A DNA stretch of 60,118 nucleotides, filler included, from Squatina squatina (GCA_031763465.1; 3 parts of 3 records of this genome joined end to end with filler, not necessarily neighbours in it), one strand, 5' to 3'; shown: positions 24,229 to 38,022, numbered from the whole stretch's first letter. The notes: generated by a model from the letters alone, not told the origin. A program made the numbers and translations.

Positions 24229-25150
24229 ATGCAAACTTTGCATGGGAGGATTCAATCTAGAACTTTTGGAGCTCCACTTCTGCTACCTGCTCAGTCCCCT
24301 AGGCTAGATATACTCTGGTCTGTAAGTACAGTTAATAATAGTGAATATTACTTACTTCCCTATAAGCATACTTGTTTGGGTTCTTGAACTGACTAAGGAT
24401 TAAGGGCTGTTTTAGCAACATACTACTCATTTTTTACAGTTTGTTGCATATTGCTCAATCTAATATTATTTGGAATTATTCCGAATTTCAGCCGTGTTTA
24501 ACAAGTGCAAAGCCAGACACAGTTGTAGGCACATTGTATAATTACCTAAAGTTACTTTGCAAGATATCTGGCTCGATATGGGATCCAATCAGAAAAGATC
24601 AGTCACAAGTGATGCAAGTGAAAGTGCAGACTTGAAGGATTCATTTGAAAATTATTTTCAAGCAAATAACGGTTAAAAAGTAAGATTTTCAGGAGCAGGT
24701 TTTGTGATTCACTTCTGTTCTGCCCAGCATGCTCCTGCAAAGGTGAGCCAGGACACTGCTCTATAGATAAATTAGAATGTGTTCATTGGAATCACTAGTG
24801 TGGAGCTTCTAAAACTGCTGGCCTTTACACTAAGAGGTGAAAGGTTGTTGGGCGCTGGAGCAGTGGTTTGCAAATTGCAGCACAATGGCATAATCAACCC
24901 CAGTTAGCACATTTCGAGGCAGCACCACTGTTCGTACTTTGCAGGGAGTTTGATTGGAACATGGTTTTGTTGGGACTATTCATATTTTTAGGGGGAAAGG
25001 TGATCCAAAATTTGCTATTAATAATTTACTGCCTCCATTCTGAATATTAATACTGTAGCTGGATAATTAACTAAAGGAAAAAGAATAAGAGGAGGAATGA
25101 AGGATTTAAAGAAAATAAAAATACAAGAAAGTGTATATTTTTGCACTCAC

Positions 25151-25267
25151 AGTTCGATGGTGAATCCACTGACTGTGACAGTATTCCAGAGTGCCTCCCA
25201 AGTCTTTTGTCAACTGACTTTTTTCAATGTAGCTGTGCAGATCTGCTATAGTGTTTAACATGATTAT
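25151..25267 (-). CDS. MCF2L2: MCF2L2 exon, end of the Sec14/CRAL-TRIO domain (117 nt, phase 0-0)
   Basis: ttccag|ATA...CGA ACT|gtgagt; IIMLNTIADLHSYIEKSQLTKDLGGTLEYCHSQWIHHRT versus human IIMVNSVSDLHGYIDKSQLTRELGGTLEYRHGQWVNHRT. Confidence 0.94.
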
Positions 25268-27339
25268 CTGGAACAGAGACAATAAGATGTGGCTTTTTGA
25301 GCAATCAAACCATCCTTCACTTTCCACAGGGCACCATAACAACACTCAGCCAACATAAATATCTGAAAAACAAATGCACCACTACATCTGACTCAAATAA
25401 ATGATGCGTTAATATAATGGTGACTTACAGCAAATAAAATAGTCACAATACAGTATAGTTCACAAACAGCTGCTGTACTTGTGAATTATGAAAATTAACA
25501 GCATCAGTGTGCATCATCTTTTAAGCCCTGCACTAAATCTAACTAAATCAAACTTCTGTTCCTACAAGGCACTTTGGAAGCATACAGAAAAACAGTTAAA
25601 CATTTGTCCAGATATATGAGACACAATGTACAGCTGGACAAAAGAGAGCCAATTCTTATGTATATATTATTCTTAATTTATATTGCAGATAAATGCAATA
25701 TTTTGACCAGAAATTTTACCCGGATATTACTGTGAGCCCATGTGTCAGCTAAGGTCATGTCCCTTTAGTCACATCAGTCTGGGGCAAGTGCACAGATAAT
25801 CCTTGGACATGTTAACATTGCATATGCTTACTCTTAATTGTTCAGATTNNNNNNNNNNNNNNNNNNNNNNNNNNNNNNNNNNNNNNNNNNNNNNNNNNNN
25901 NNNNNNNNNNNNNNNNNNNNNNNNNNNNNNNNNNNNNNNNNNNNNNNNTTAACATTCCTTATAATTTGTTAAATATTTTTGTTTTAACATTATGGGTAGG
26001 AAGAGTAATTAAGCTTAACAGTGTGAGGAAGTTGACGTAAAATTCACAGAGAAACAAGCCGGCGCTAATTTGTGTCACGATTAGCTCTACTGTAAAGTCC
26101 ACTGGCATCAATAGTGGTGGGAGCTCCACATTTAGATCATTAATAAATATAATGTGCCAAAAGTAGTTTAGATTTGCAATTTGTTGTAACAAGTGGGACT
26201 GAAATGCTGATTTTTCTGTAGATTTGGTTCCCATTGAGAACATAATTGATAAAGGATTCACGTGCCCGCCTACACCCCTTTGGCTCCTTTTATATTTTTA
26301 GTTCCATTTAAAGGAAGGATGCAGGATTAAAAGCTTCCACTTTATATAATCATGTTTATAATTCGTATAACATGGGCCACATGGTGCTCTGGCCACAACA
26401 GTATTCTTAGTTTCAGAGTTTGCTACATTACTCATATTACTCAGTGCTAACCTTTTGGTTATTACGAACAAGATGCTGCAGCAACAGCAACAACAAGTGT
26501 ATAAACTACAAAGAGAGCTTCTTATTATTAAACTTGTCATTAAATCATGACATATTGAATTCCATTTATGAGTAGCCTTCTGCACGGTTACCAATTTTCA
26601 AATCAACCTTTTGCAAAATATCATACTCTTGATGGATATTAGTATCTGAATCTAATGGTGTATTGATTGGAATTTTAAATATATCACCATTTCAATTACA
26701 TTATATATTAGCTGCAGGAATAGAATATTTACACACTGTGTAATGACATATTCTTATCTGCCAATAAAATAGGCAAGAAAAGAATGAGAATACCATTTAC
26801 TTAAGAATACAATCGGATTTTTCTGTTTTGCATTATATTTAACATAGTTTAAGAATTGTGAAAATTGTATGTGCTAATATGCTAATCTAGAAGTAAGGAT
26901 TAGTTATAAATGAATAATACTATGAATTTAAAAATGGAGCATTACTATCACCACTGTATATCTTTTTAGTTTTATTCTCTAACCCCATACATTGATTCAG
27001 TTGACAGCATGGATAATGAACTTTTTACAACATAATTCCCCAAGTTTGACCTGCACTGGACTTTAATCATTTGACAGAAATTGTGTGCTGTTAATGCCAG
27101 CTATGTGATAATGTGAATCTCTGAAAAAGATGCAAAATGCTAAGTCCAACTTTCTGTGTTATGCCTCACCATTACTTATTGTATCAGCTAGTTGATTCAC
27201 AATTGATGAGACTAATTGGATATCTTTTATCAAGCTGTAGTGTGCATGAAATATCTCAGTTTTGAATATTTAACAATGAAATACAACTCCTTCTGTTTTG
27301 ATTTTTTTTGTTGGAATAATTGCTTTATAGAAGACTTAC

Positions 27340-27360
27340 CTTATTTCTGGGAAATGGCAT
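27340..27360 (-). CDS. MCF2L2: Candidate internal alternative first coding exon of MCF2L2 (MPFPRNK, phase 0)
   Basis: ATG CCA TTT CCC AGA AAT AAG|GTAAGT with a perfect donor. Resembles the end of the proto-Dbl/MCF2 first exon (MRFRRNA|ASFPGNL, from recall). Confidence 0.35.
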
Positions 27361-28684
27361 ATGAGAAGGATCCACGCATCTCAGAATAAATTTAATTTCA
27401 ATATCCAAAAAATTTTAATTCTACTCACTGCTATACGCATTAAAGATGCTTTGACTGAGCTCCATTTGTCCCGTCTTCTGTCTATAATTATGATAAATCC
27501 AATACTGGCAGCATCCAGACTGCAATAAAATAGAAACAAATAATCTATGACATAACAGGCCTTTCAAATTGTAGTAAAGAGAATTTTCCAAATCTCTTGA
27601 AATATATTTTTTGCATTCCATTAAAATAATAGACGTTTAACAGAGTATGTAGAGACAATCCATTGTACTGATGAGAAATAGTATTATGCAGGCAATAGAA
27701 ACCTTCAGGTGTAGAACATGCTCACTGATCATTATTGTCTCTAGTGCCCTTTTCTTTTCAACAACAACAACAACTTGTATTTATATAGCGTTTNNNNNNN
27801 NNNNNNNNNNNNNNNNNNNNNNNNNNNNNNNNNNNNNNNNNNNNNNNNNNNNNNNNNNNNNNNNNNNNNNNNNNNNNNNNNNNNNNNNNNNNNAATAGCA
27901 GTTTAAGGTGTTGGCTAACTGCCATCTTAGAGCAACTAGAAATGGGCAACAAATGTGACCTTTATAGCATTGTCCACATCTCAAGAACAAATAAGAAAAA
28001 TCAGTTTCACCCAGTGATGTTAAGTGCCTGAGCTAAAATGTTTACAGATATCAAACCTCAGAATAAACTATGTAGGCTTACAGGGAATTTAACAGCTACA
28101 TCAATACATTATGATGTTTCGCTGGGTTATCTGCAGACAAGCAGCAGACAATGGCATATAGGTCACATATTAACTACATCACTACTGGCACCCCACAGCA
28201 GTATTCTTTTGGTGGCTTTATTTTTTCCAATTTGTGTTTTACTCTGGTATTGAATCCATACAGGTTCACCCACATCAAAGCTTATGATACCGAATGGGGG
28301 AAGGGGTTCGGGTTGTAGCATCTGTAAAGGAGGATAGCCCAGTGGATGCAATATAATGAGTGATGTAGTTTATGACTACAAGTGATGGAAAACTGCTTGT
28401 AATAAATGTGTTAATGCTTATCATACTACATTTCTTATGTTGAGATAAATATCTTGGGCAACGTTCAATGCTAAATCTTTTTTGCGAACTAAGCTAATGG
28501 TTTTACACAAAGAGTGTGGGAGTTTGCTGCCCCCCTGTGGTCCCATGTAGGAGAAATCTTCTGTCGCGAATATCTCTGATTTGAAAGTCTGATAGCAATT
28601 ACTCTGCTTTTTTATTGTTCCTTTTCCTCTGCTTGTCATAATATTTTACTGCTATTGTTCCATCTTGACTATAAACAGCACTCA

Positions 28685-29050
28685 CCGTTATTTACGTGGA
28701 AACAGGTCAGCAACTTCCGACGACCGCACATGCGCAATTAAACACGGAAATCCGGAAGTTGCTGTCCAAGATGGTCTGCTCCTGCAAAATGTGTGCTATA
28801 ACAGTATTTTGCCATCTGACTCACCATTCAAATGCATTGAATGGCATGAAGTTGCTGTACTTACCTGATTTATACACACTAAACTGGACAGAAAAAATTA
28901 GGCCTTGTCCATTCCAGTGTAAGTACCCTTTTTACGACATGGTAAGTCTTAATTACTGCCAAACAACCTCTCTGGCACCGAAAATTAACTTTTACAAATG
29001 TGGAGTTTCATTCCTTCAGCTTTTAATTATTGATGGAGGTTTAAAAAAAA
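28685..29050. repeat. Unclassified dispersed repeat, copy 2 (related sequence probably continues at 29517-29845)
   Basis: 28921-29025 is similar to 23744-23840; 29670-29735 resembles 24050-24110. Confidence 0.6.
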
Positions 29051-30125
29051 GAATTAAAATGCACATCCAGTAGTCATTATTTCATCCAATCACAGAATAA
29101 ACCTATGATTCATCTTTTGCCTTTAGACTGGGTGAATGTAACTTCCAGTTCGGCCGCCCCAAAATTACTAATTTTAGTCGAAGTACCATTTTCAGGGGTT
29201 CCTTCAAGCTTTTACAAATGCTTGAATGCATTTTTTTGGAAGGCATCTTGTTTATGCACTAACCTTGTCTATCTTCATGCTATCCCAGTCACTTAAAGGG
29301 GTAGGTTATTCAAATAGACTTCACTGACAGCAAGTCAGCGTCTAAGTCCCCAGTAACCACCTCAGCCTTCCCTGCCTTTCCCATGGTATTTTTCACCGAA
29401 AAAAAAGCAAACTAATNNNNNNNNNNNNNNNNNNNNNNNNNNNNNNNNNNNNNNNNNNNNNNNNNNNNNNNNNNNNNNNNNNNNNNNNNNNNNNNNNNNN
29501 NNNNNNNNNNNNNNNNAGTTAGCGCTGGCTAAAAATCTTTAGCCCCCAGTGAGATTTTTTCCCTGGTAGTGCTTTGTTCATTTTCAGTGGCCATTAACTC
29601 GATTTGCTGGTGACACCAGCAATTGTCGTGGCAGCCATGAACTTTTCTCCCTCTGTGTCTCAGTGATGATCCTTCCATCTGATTGGTTGAAGAACCTCAC
29701 TGTTGCTTGGCCTATCTCAGATGCCACAGATCCCCTGTAGAGGGCACCGCACTGAAACAGACGCCGGATTAGTAGAAATGTCTGGGCAGTTGTACATGAG
29801 GTGAACGGCGAAAGTCATTTGTTCGCCGCTGAATGCAAAATCCAAAATACTTACTCTAAAATGAAAAGCAATATAATATATGCAATGAACCATTTTCACA
29901 TAGTTTTTCACTTTTTAGAAAACATTTAACATTTGAGAAAAGATGATTGAAGTATTATGTATTCTCAATTTACTTCATAGAAAACAAGTCAATAGCAACT
30001 TCCTGAAAGGCATAACCTCAGACATGAAATTACACTAAGTATGACACAGTAGTTTGGCCGATTCAGTGTCTAAGCAGTCTTCTTGTACCATCTATATTTG
30101 AAATTGAAATTAAATAAACACACAC

Positions 30126-30195
30126 CTAGATGTTTTCCAAAGGCCAGCCACTCCTGAATCTCTTCTGTAAATGAATCAAATATTTCACTGTTCAT
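30126..30195 (-). CDS. MCF2L2: Candidate alternative first coding exon of MCF2L2 (MNSEIFDSFTEEIQEWLAFGKHL, phase 1)
   Basis: GGCAAG ATG (A at -3), 23 codons plus G, donor G|GTGTGT. Same phase as, and similar length to, the canonical first exon; lies downstream of it. Confidence 0.5.
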
Positions 30196-33100
30196 CTTGC
30201 CTGGATTTTCATCTGTCTACAAAACATCCAAAAGTGCACATTTCCCTATCTCTATTTTCAGGACTACACAGAACAACTCTCTGTGACTAATTGAGTCCAG
30301 TTGTTTTCTAAGTAGTAATGAGCTCAGGCTAAACTGAGAATAAAAGAGCCACTTTGTAGTGCAACGCTGAGCCGTTCATGTACAGCACTTTTTAAGCGAG
30401 CAGTCATCAGACTACAGAAGGTCATGTGGAATATTATAAACAGTACTGTGTCAGACCCAGAAAAACATGCGGTTCAGTTTGTTGTGCCTGAGAGAAGCCA
30501 ATTCACAGTTATGCACAAAAGTGCAATGTTTTGAGTAAAAAAAACACAAAGAAGTCTGAACATTGGCAATTAAAAAAACTACGGGCTATAAATAAAAATC
30601 ATTAAGAGTTTAGTAATTTGATTATGTCCAGACCATAACTGATCCTGTTATTTTTCTTGAAACTTCTTAATAGTTCTTGATTTCATCTTTTTCCCCCAAA
30701 TTGATGGACACGCTGTTTTAAAAGCATGAGTCCAGTCTGTTCCTCCTGTAGTTTCTGAGCAGTGAGACTATCCCATTATGTATTTGATAGAATGCTGGAG
30801 CTACCACCTTATTTTTTTTTGTCCTCCCCCAAACCCCACGCGACCAATTTTCTTCCCTCAATTTCTTCTTGCCCAATCTCTAGAATCGCTAATGTCGTTA
30901 TCTGATTTGCTGAAACAGAGATTGATGCATCAGATAGGAGAGATTTTGCAAGTATATATCAAAATAAGTAAATACTGGTCCAATTCAGCAATACAATTAT
31001 AAAGGTGATTGTCTGAAACCATATGATCCAGTTGTAGCTACTATTCAAATATGTTTTTCTAAAAGTTCACTTTTGGGCTTCCTGAGTTAGTTGCAATAAT
31101 CAAGGACAAACGACTTGTGATGAACAAAGTTTAATTTATCAACAGGTTTGACTATTTAAACAAATGTAAAATGAAGTAAAAATGTTAGCATACAAGTGTT
31201 TAGTTTTGATGAACTTTATTAGGAAATGATTAAAATGTCCATAAATTTAAGCCCCTGTCCAGCCATTTAGAATATAGAAATTAGAATGCATGTTAATACC
31301 ACTGAATTTGCACTTGCTTTACACTGGTTTTTATGTTCTGGTGTAGCTAAGCTTTGCAGGAGATTTGGGTGTAAGATCCCATGGGCAAAAATCGATGCAT
31401 AAACTGGCATAGGTTTTGGTGTAATTTCTGTGTACATGCAATCCAGGAAATTTCAGGACACATNNNNNNNNNNNNNNNNNNNNNNNNNNNNNNNNNNNNN
31501 NNNNNNNNNNNNNNNNNNNNNNNNNNNNNNNNNNNNNNNNNNNNNNNNNNNNNNNNNNNNNNNTCATTGATTGCTTTCAAAGCTTATTGTAACTATTTGA
31601 GGAAAATGCTCACAATGCTTCACAGTCATATGATTCCTTAGTACCTTACTCAAGGTCACATATTACACTGCAAATCTTACCAGTGAAGCTTATTGGCTAG
31701 TGTCGTGAGGCTAATTATAATTAGCTGTCCTCTTGCGCACCTACCTTTCATTCTAGAAGATTAAAGGCAAATGTAGTTAGCAGCCTTGTTTTCACAAGTA
31801 TTTTTAATAAGGTTGTTTAGAAATTTATGGACTGATTTTCAGTTAACAATTCCCCAAGCATATTATTCATTTATATACTGTCACCACATGCTGCAGTTCA
31901 TTGCAACGTATTGTAACACTGGCTAGATGTTTTTCAATTCACAAGTTTGAACTAATCTCAAAATAAATATTTGAAGCAAGCCTCAACAAAGTTTCTGATT
32001 GATTTTAAGCCTCTATGCTCAAGTGAAGATTTATCCTCAACAAATACTTTAATTACCAGATGGCAACAGTTTTGTCCATCACTAATTACGACAGCTTACA
32101 GCAATTAGATTTTCACTAGTCAGGGAAGTAAAATATCAAATATGAAGCTTTGTTAATCAAGTCAAATTCGAGTAACTCAAGAGTGGTTTTGAAAGTGTAA
32201 TTTCTTACAAAATAGTCAAAGCATCTGAATTGTTTTTAGCCCATTTTTCTGAATTCTAGTCTGCTGCATCACTTCCAGCAGCTGTATATCAGACAACACA
32301 GATGGCCTGTTCCCTGCTGTTACAGACACCACATTACTGTCTCTTAATATTGGTGGATTAAAACTGACAGCAAGTAACAGTACGATTTCTTGTCTTTTCC
32401 CAATGATTTAAATGTTGTTGGTTGCTTCTCAAATTATTTGTGTTNNNNNNNNNNNNNNNNNNNNNNNNNNNNNNNNNNNNNNNNNNNNNNNNNNNNNNNN
32501 NNNNNNNNNNNNNNNNNNNNNNNNNNNNNNNNNNNNNNNNNNNNGCTTGATTGGCAAAGGAAATTGAGCAAGAAACAATACAACATACATCTATTGACAT
32601 TTAGTGTTTTTAATTTCTTTGTGCTTGTGCATAAATGCCCATTATGGGAAAGAAAAAAATATCCAGAGTGTAAACATGTTTTCCTTTTGAACCCGATAGT
32701 ATAATGAATTACCAAGCCAAAGCAAGCATAGATCAGATATCTAATCCCTCCCCATGTACAGACACATTATGCTATAACCTGAATCCTCTGCACCTGTGCA
32801 ACATTTATCTTTCACATACTCTTTCCTTGTGCTCCCACAGAGCAGGATTGTTGAGTAAGTACACACTAGTAATGAAATCAAAGCAGTTGTGTTCTGTGAA
32901 TACTGTTCACTTGCAACGGAAATGGGATTTCCCAAACTCCTTTCACTCATTATATGTTCGTCATAATTGCATTCATATTTCTCTACTGAATTGGAACAAA
33001 GGTGCCAGAAATAAGAGAGTGTTTTAATGATTAGCCACAAATTACTATCCTTGGTGATGTGATTGCCAGATTGGATCATTATTAAGGTTATTCCAAGCAT

Positions 33101-33304
33101 ATTTTTATATCCTCTCTACATATACCTCCCAAGCTTTTCCCCAAATTCTATCATTTTTACAGTTTTCGCTGAAATATGATTATGCAGCCATCATATATAT
33201 TTATTTGGTTTGAACTGAATTCTTCAAAGATGCTGTTGTGCATGTTGAGTGTAGATCCTTCACTATGGGACTAAATAAAATTAAACAATTGAGTTGTTTC
33301 TTAC

Positions 33305-33383
33305 CGACATGAGTGATAACGTTGACCAGTCGCTGTGTGAGTTCTTGAAGTGACATCTCTTCTTCCTTTAGACAGAGAAGCAT
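33305..33383 (-). CDS. MCF2L2: MCF2L2 first coding exon (79 nt, phase 1)
   Basis: ATG...CAT GTC G|gtaaga; MLLCLKEEEMSLQELTQRLVNVITHV versus human MCF2L2 MLSCLKEEMPPQELTRRLATVITHV, which separates it from MCF2L and MCF2. Confidence 0.92.
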
Positions 33384-36300
33384 CTCACAGTCCTCAGCTC
33401 TGAATCTACAGCTGCTCCCGTGGAACCTTCTCAAACACACAAAGGCGAGTGCCACTCCCAGTAGCAATATTCCATTCAAGATACTGGTGCTAATGCAGCT
33501 ATTTTAGATCCTAGAATCTTTTTTGGCATCTTCAATAATATTCAAAACCACCTTTTTAAAAAAATATATAGTTTTAGGCCAAGGAAACTCAGCATCCAAA
33601 TATTTGTAGAAATGTGAGAACAAAGCTGATGAAATTCTGTATCAGACCTGCTTGCTGCTCATTTCTATTAACACTGAGTCAGGCTCAAGTAGCAAATCAG
33701 TGTGCAGCTACCTGCCTCAAGGGAGATGCTGGGTGACAGTACTTCAAATCAAAACCTGGAGTCATGGATTAATAGGACTGGAACTAGAATAGTATTAAAA
33801 AGGCTATTGATCTACAGTTTTAGTTGCATTAACTTAAACATTCTGCTTCACATTTAGAGTAGAATTAATATCTTGTTTCAACTGCATTCACTAAAAAAGA
33901 AGCCTTTTAGTCTCAAGTATTCGCTTGTCAGCCTGACACACTAATTGTCTTTGGTTATCCATTTGGATTGTCCTTTTTATGGTTATCTGTTAAATAATAT
34001 TTTCTATTGACATCTGCTCACTAGCTGCGCCCTCTGTCAAACTCTGAACATTACCAGCATGGTTTGGTTACCTCCCATCTGCCACANNNNNNNNNNAAGG
34101 CCCAAAAGTCATGGTCTCCAAGGAAGATCAATGCGAAAAGCCTTAGCAACGCAGTCTCTGAGATGCAGCTGCTGCCTGGCTCTAAAATCTTGAGGGATCA
34201 CTTCTGAAATGACAGCAGAAATCAATGCACTCTGCTCAGTGATATGCTGATCTGCAATCCCAGCATGTGTTCTAAATGAAGGAAATGCAAACAAATCCTG
34301 TAAAGTATGTGAAGAAATAGTAAATACGTGTTGGTAAAGAACCTTGCAGTCACGAGGTTAAGAGGGCAAAGAAATTTACAGTCAGATCCCTGTACAATAA
34401 TGCTGGCCCTGGTAGCCAGACCAAATCAGTGCTACAGTGAGGATGCCGATCAGTGCTCTTTTTAACTTTTTATATGTGACAATATGCCTACTGGCAGACC
34501 AAAATAGGAAATATGAAACCTGATCGTAAGCACTGTCTTTCTCAACTTATAGTTTCATTTAAATTATTGTAGGTATTAGCTTGGTAGTTACAGTACCGAT
34601 ATTCTTACTAAATATATTGTGTTTTATGAANNNNNNNNNNNNNNNNNNNNNNNNNNNNNNNNNNNNNNNNNNNNNNNNNNNNNNNNNNNNNNNNNNNNNN
34701 NNNNNNNNNNNNNNNNNNNNNNNNNNNNNNGCAGGTCAGTAGGCCTGACAGTCATTTCTGGCCATTAACAAGGTACAGAAAATCCTGCAGGGCCCACTGA
34801 TCTCCACAGCTGAATTCGTAATATGTGCTCCCGACATGTGAATGTGTGAAATCTACTCCTGTAATATTCTCCAGAAATAAACAGCACATTAACCAGCATA
34901 TTGAAATTCCTCAGCAACTTTTAAAAGGGGCAATTTTATAAGAACATTTGCTGGAGGAAAAAAAATTACAGAATTGTACGTCACATTTCTTTGTTTACAG
35001 CATTATCCAGGCAATTAAACCACAATTTAAAAAGTTAAAAGCAAAAGAAAATCTCTTTACTGATAACATTCTCTACATGCTGTTTTCTCCCTTTTTTATA
35101 CTTTAGGAATTAGTATTGCCATGTAAGGTGAACAGAAATTTCAGAACACCTACTGGTCTCGGTTAGGTGGTTTCCGAAGCTGGTCAGCCATAACCTTGGC
35201 TGAAAAGTTGTAGAAATTCAACATATTTTGAAAGAACGAATCCTCTGATACTTCATACTGGTGCAAAAATGTAAAGACACAAATTGTTGGAAGATGATAA
35301 GTGCATTTGAAGAATGAAGCATCCTAAATTTACGTGAAACTAACCTTCATTTTTTATTCACCAAATCCCATTGATGATTCTTAAACAGTGGGGGTAGATA
35401 ATGTGGTCCCAGGTGGAGCCACTGGGACTGCTGCTCCTGCAGCAATGCACCCACCTTCGTCCCAATGTGCTGATCTCACACAATATTGCAGTTAGCTCAT
35501 TTAAATATTTTTGTGGCATTTTGGTGCGCTATTGTGGTTGGGGGCTTGAAGGTTGGGGGCTCGAAGTCAGCGAAGCGCTGCTATTTTAGAAAAAAATAGT
35601 GAAGGGCANNNNNNNNNNNNNNNNNNNNNNNNNNNNNNNNNNNNNNNNNNNNNNNNNNNNNNNNNNNNNNNNNNNNNNNNNNNNNNNNNNNNNNNNNNNN
35701 NNNNNNNNNNNNNNNNNNNNNNNNNNNNNNNNNNNNNNNNNNNNNNNNNNNNNNNNNNNNNNNNNNNNNNNNNNNNNNNNNNNNNNNNNNNNNNNNNNNN
35801 NNNNNNNNNNNNNNNNNNNNNNNNNNNNNNNNNNNNNNNNNNNNNNNNNNNNNNNNNNNNNNNNNNNNNNNNNNNNNNNNNNNNNNNNNNNNNNNNNNNN
35901 NNNNNNNNNNNNNNNNNNNNNNNNNNNNNNNNNNNNNNNNNNNNNNNNNNNNNNNNNNNNNNNNNNNNNNNNNNNNNNNNNNNNNNNNNNNNNNNNNNNN
36001 NNNNNNNNNNNNNNNNNNNNNNNNNNNNNNNNNNNNNNNNNNNNNNNNNNNNNNNNNNNNNNNNNNNNNNNNNNNNNNNNNNNNNNNNNNNNNNNNNNNN
36101 NNNNNNNNNNNNNNNNNNNNNNNNNNNNNNNNNNNNNNNNNNNNNNNNNNNNNNNNNNNNNNNNNNNNNNNNNNNNNNNNNNNNNNNNNNNNNNNNNNNN
36201 NNNNNNNNNNNNNNNNNNNNNNNNNNNNNNNNNNNNNNNNNNNNNNNNNNNNNNNNNNNNNNNNNNNNNNNNNNNNNNNNNNNNNNNNNNNNNNNNNNNN

Positions 36301-36900
36301 NNNNNNNNNNNNNNNNNNNNNNNNNNNGTGTATCAATTCACATGTAGCAAAGTTTAACATGAATACAGATGGATATTCTATATCACACTGACAGAGGTAT
36401 CAGGAAATGTTCATATGTATATCAATTTCTGGCAGTTTTTAAAAATTGTATGTTTAGATAGTTATAATTTTAAAGCATTACCAAGTCATAGTTGGTGGAA
36501 GCATTCAATAAATGTGGTCATTTTCATAAGATTTGTTTCTGTCCATGGATTGTGTGATTACTTGCACTAAGTGCAATCCATTGTTAACTACTGTACAAGG
36601 TAGTAAGCAGTTTTGTATACAATAAGCACAACTGCCATTTTGTTCATTTCAAATCTTACAGAAATCTTACAGTGGCCCTGACCTGTTTTTCTTCATCAGC
36701 TCATGGCCATTTTGGTTAGTGAGATTAAATTAAACATTCCTCATTCCTAAGGGCTATCAGACTGACTAACTGCTGCATTATATATGTCTTTTTTAGACAG
36801 ATTCAAAAGTTTTCAACACAGCAAAGAAAAATGACAAATAAAACCAACAATAAAAAAAAATTGGTCAGTGTTTCAATGCTTTTAGGATATGTTTACTCAC

Positions 36901-36978
36901 GCCATCATAAACTTCATCCAGCTCCTTTGTATCTAAAATGAAATCTGGAAAACCAATCATGTCATAGATGGCATCAGC
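36901..36978 (-). CDS. ECE2: Endothelin-converting enzyme 2 exon (78 nt, phase 0-0)
   Basis: ctgttag|GCT...GAT GGC|gtgagt; [26 protein letters not shown] versus human ECE2 [26 protein letters not shown]. Confidence 0.93.
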
Positions 36979-37769
36979 CTAACAGAAAAGAGAATAAAAA
37001 ATGCATTAGTTGAGTACTTGATAACATATATATAATGAAGTAACTATTTAACTGTGCTAAAATAACTGGCTGGAAACTGCATTTCAGAAAAATATCTTTG
37101 TTAGTATCTCATGGCTTACCTTCAGAAAAATCATATTGGTTTTGAGAAATAAACAGTTATTTCCCTTATGCCAATGTGCATTGTTAGTCATTGCCATCTA
37201 TGGTAATATTAGCACCCAAAGTTAAGTCACTACAGTCTGTAAGCAACAAACAACCCATTCCAATTTCTTCTGGTAACAGAATTGCAACTGTATTGATATA
37301 AGCATTATAAAGTGTCTATTGTAACAGTTTTTACTAAGCCAGACTGATAGACACATGGGGTTCTTCTACGCCACGAAATAAGATACGTATTAAATTTCTC
37401 AACCTACAATTCACCATTGCATCATGCAGGTAACATGTATGCTGAGTTGATTGATTTTATTAATATTCCTATAGAAAATAGCCAGCAGCATAAAAAAGCC
37501 TTGCACTTTTATGAATGTTGGCTTNNNNNNNNNNNNNNNNNNNNNNNNNNNNNNNNNNNNNNNNNNNNNNNNNNNNNNNNNNNNNNNNNNNNNNNNNNNN
37601 NNNNNNNNNNNNNNNNNNNNNNNNATAATTCAGACTTTGTATATAGTTCATATAGCAACTACGCTGATAACGATGACATAAGGCATGAAAAGATATAATA
37701 AGCCACTTGGTTTAAAACTGAAATATGGATGTGTTTCTGCTATTTTATCCTATGACTCTGATTTTAATT

Positions 37770-38022
37770 CCAGGTGGATTCCCTGCTCCGGCCGGAGTTA
37801 AAATTACAGTCAGGTCTCAATTATGTCATTGGGCTGCAACATGCATATGTAAAGAAGGACCCCATTGGCTCCGGCCATGTGGCCTTGTTACCTGCTCAGG
37901 AGAGCAGGTTAAAATTGCGGATGTTGCAATCATGGCAGCTTTTGGACTGGTAAGAGGCAGGGCGATTTTAACTGCCCACCAGCCTGGTTTGTGCTGAACG
38001 AGTAGGGTTAAAATCGCCCCCA
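37770..38022. mobile_element. MITE-like fragment
   Basis: GC-richer insert ending gggttaaaatcgccccc, the same AAAT..GCCCC terminal style as the 817-1578 element; a similar end occurs at 39035-39052. Confidence 0.45.

Noticed and set aside
26298-26594. ORF with a CCCCC cluster as a palmitoylated MCF2L2 N-terminus
   Set aside because: The Cys run comes from a short CAG/CAA microsatellite; no suitable ATG-donor pair and no homology.
37115-37160. GAAG|GTAAGC donor-like site upstream of the ECE2 ADAIYD exon
   Set aside because: The preceding sequence does not encode the expected WMD..TR.AAKEK exon.
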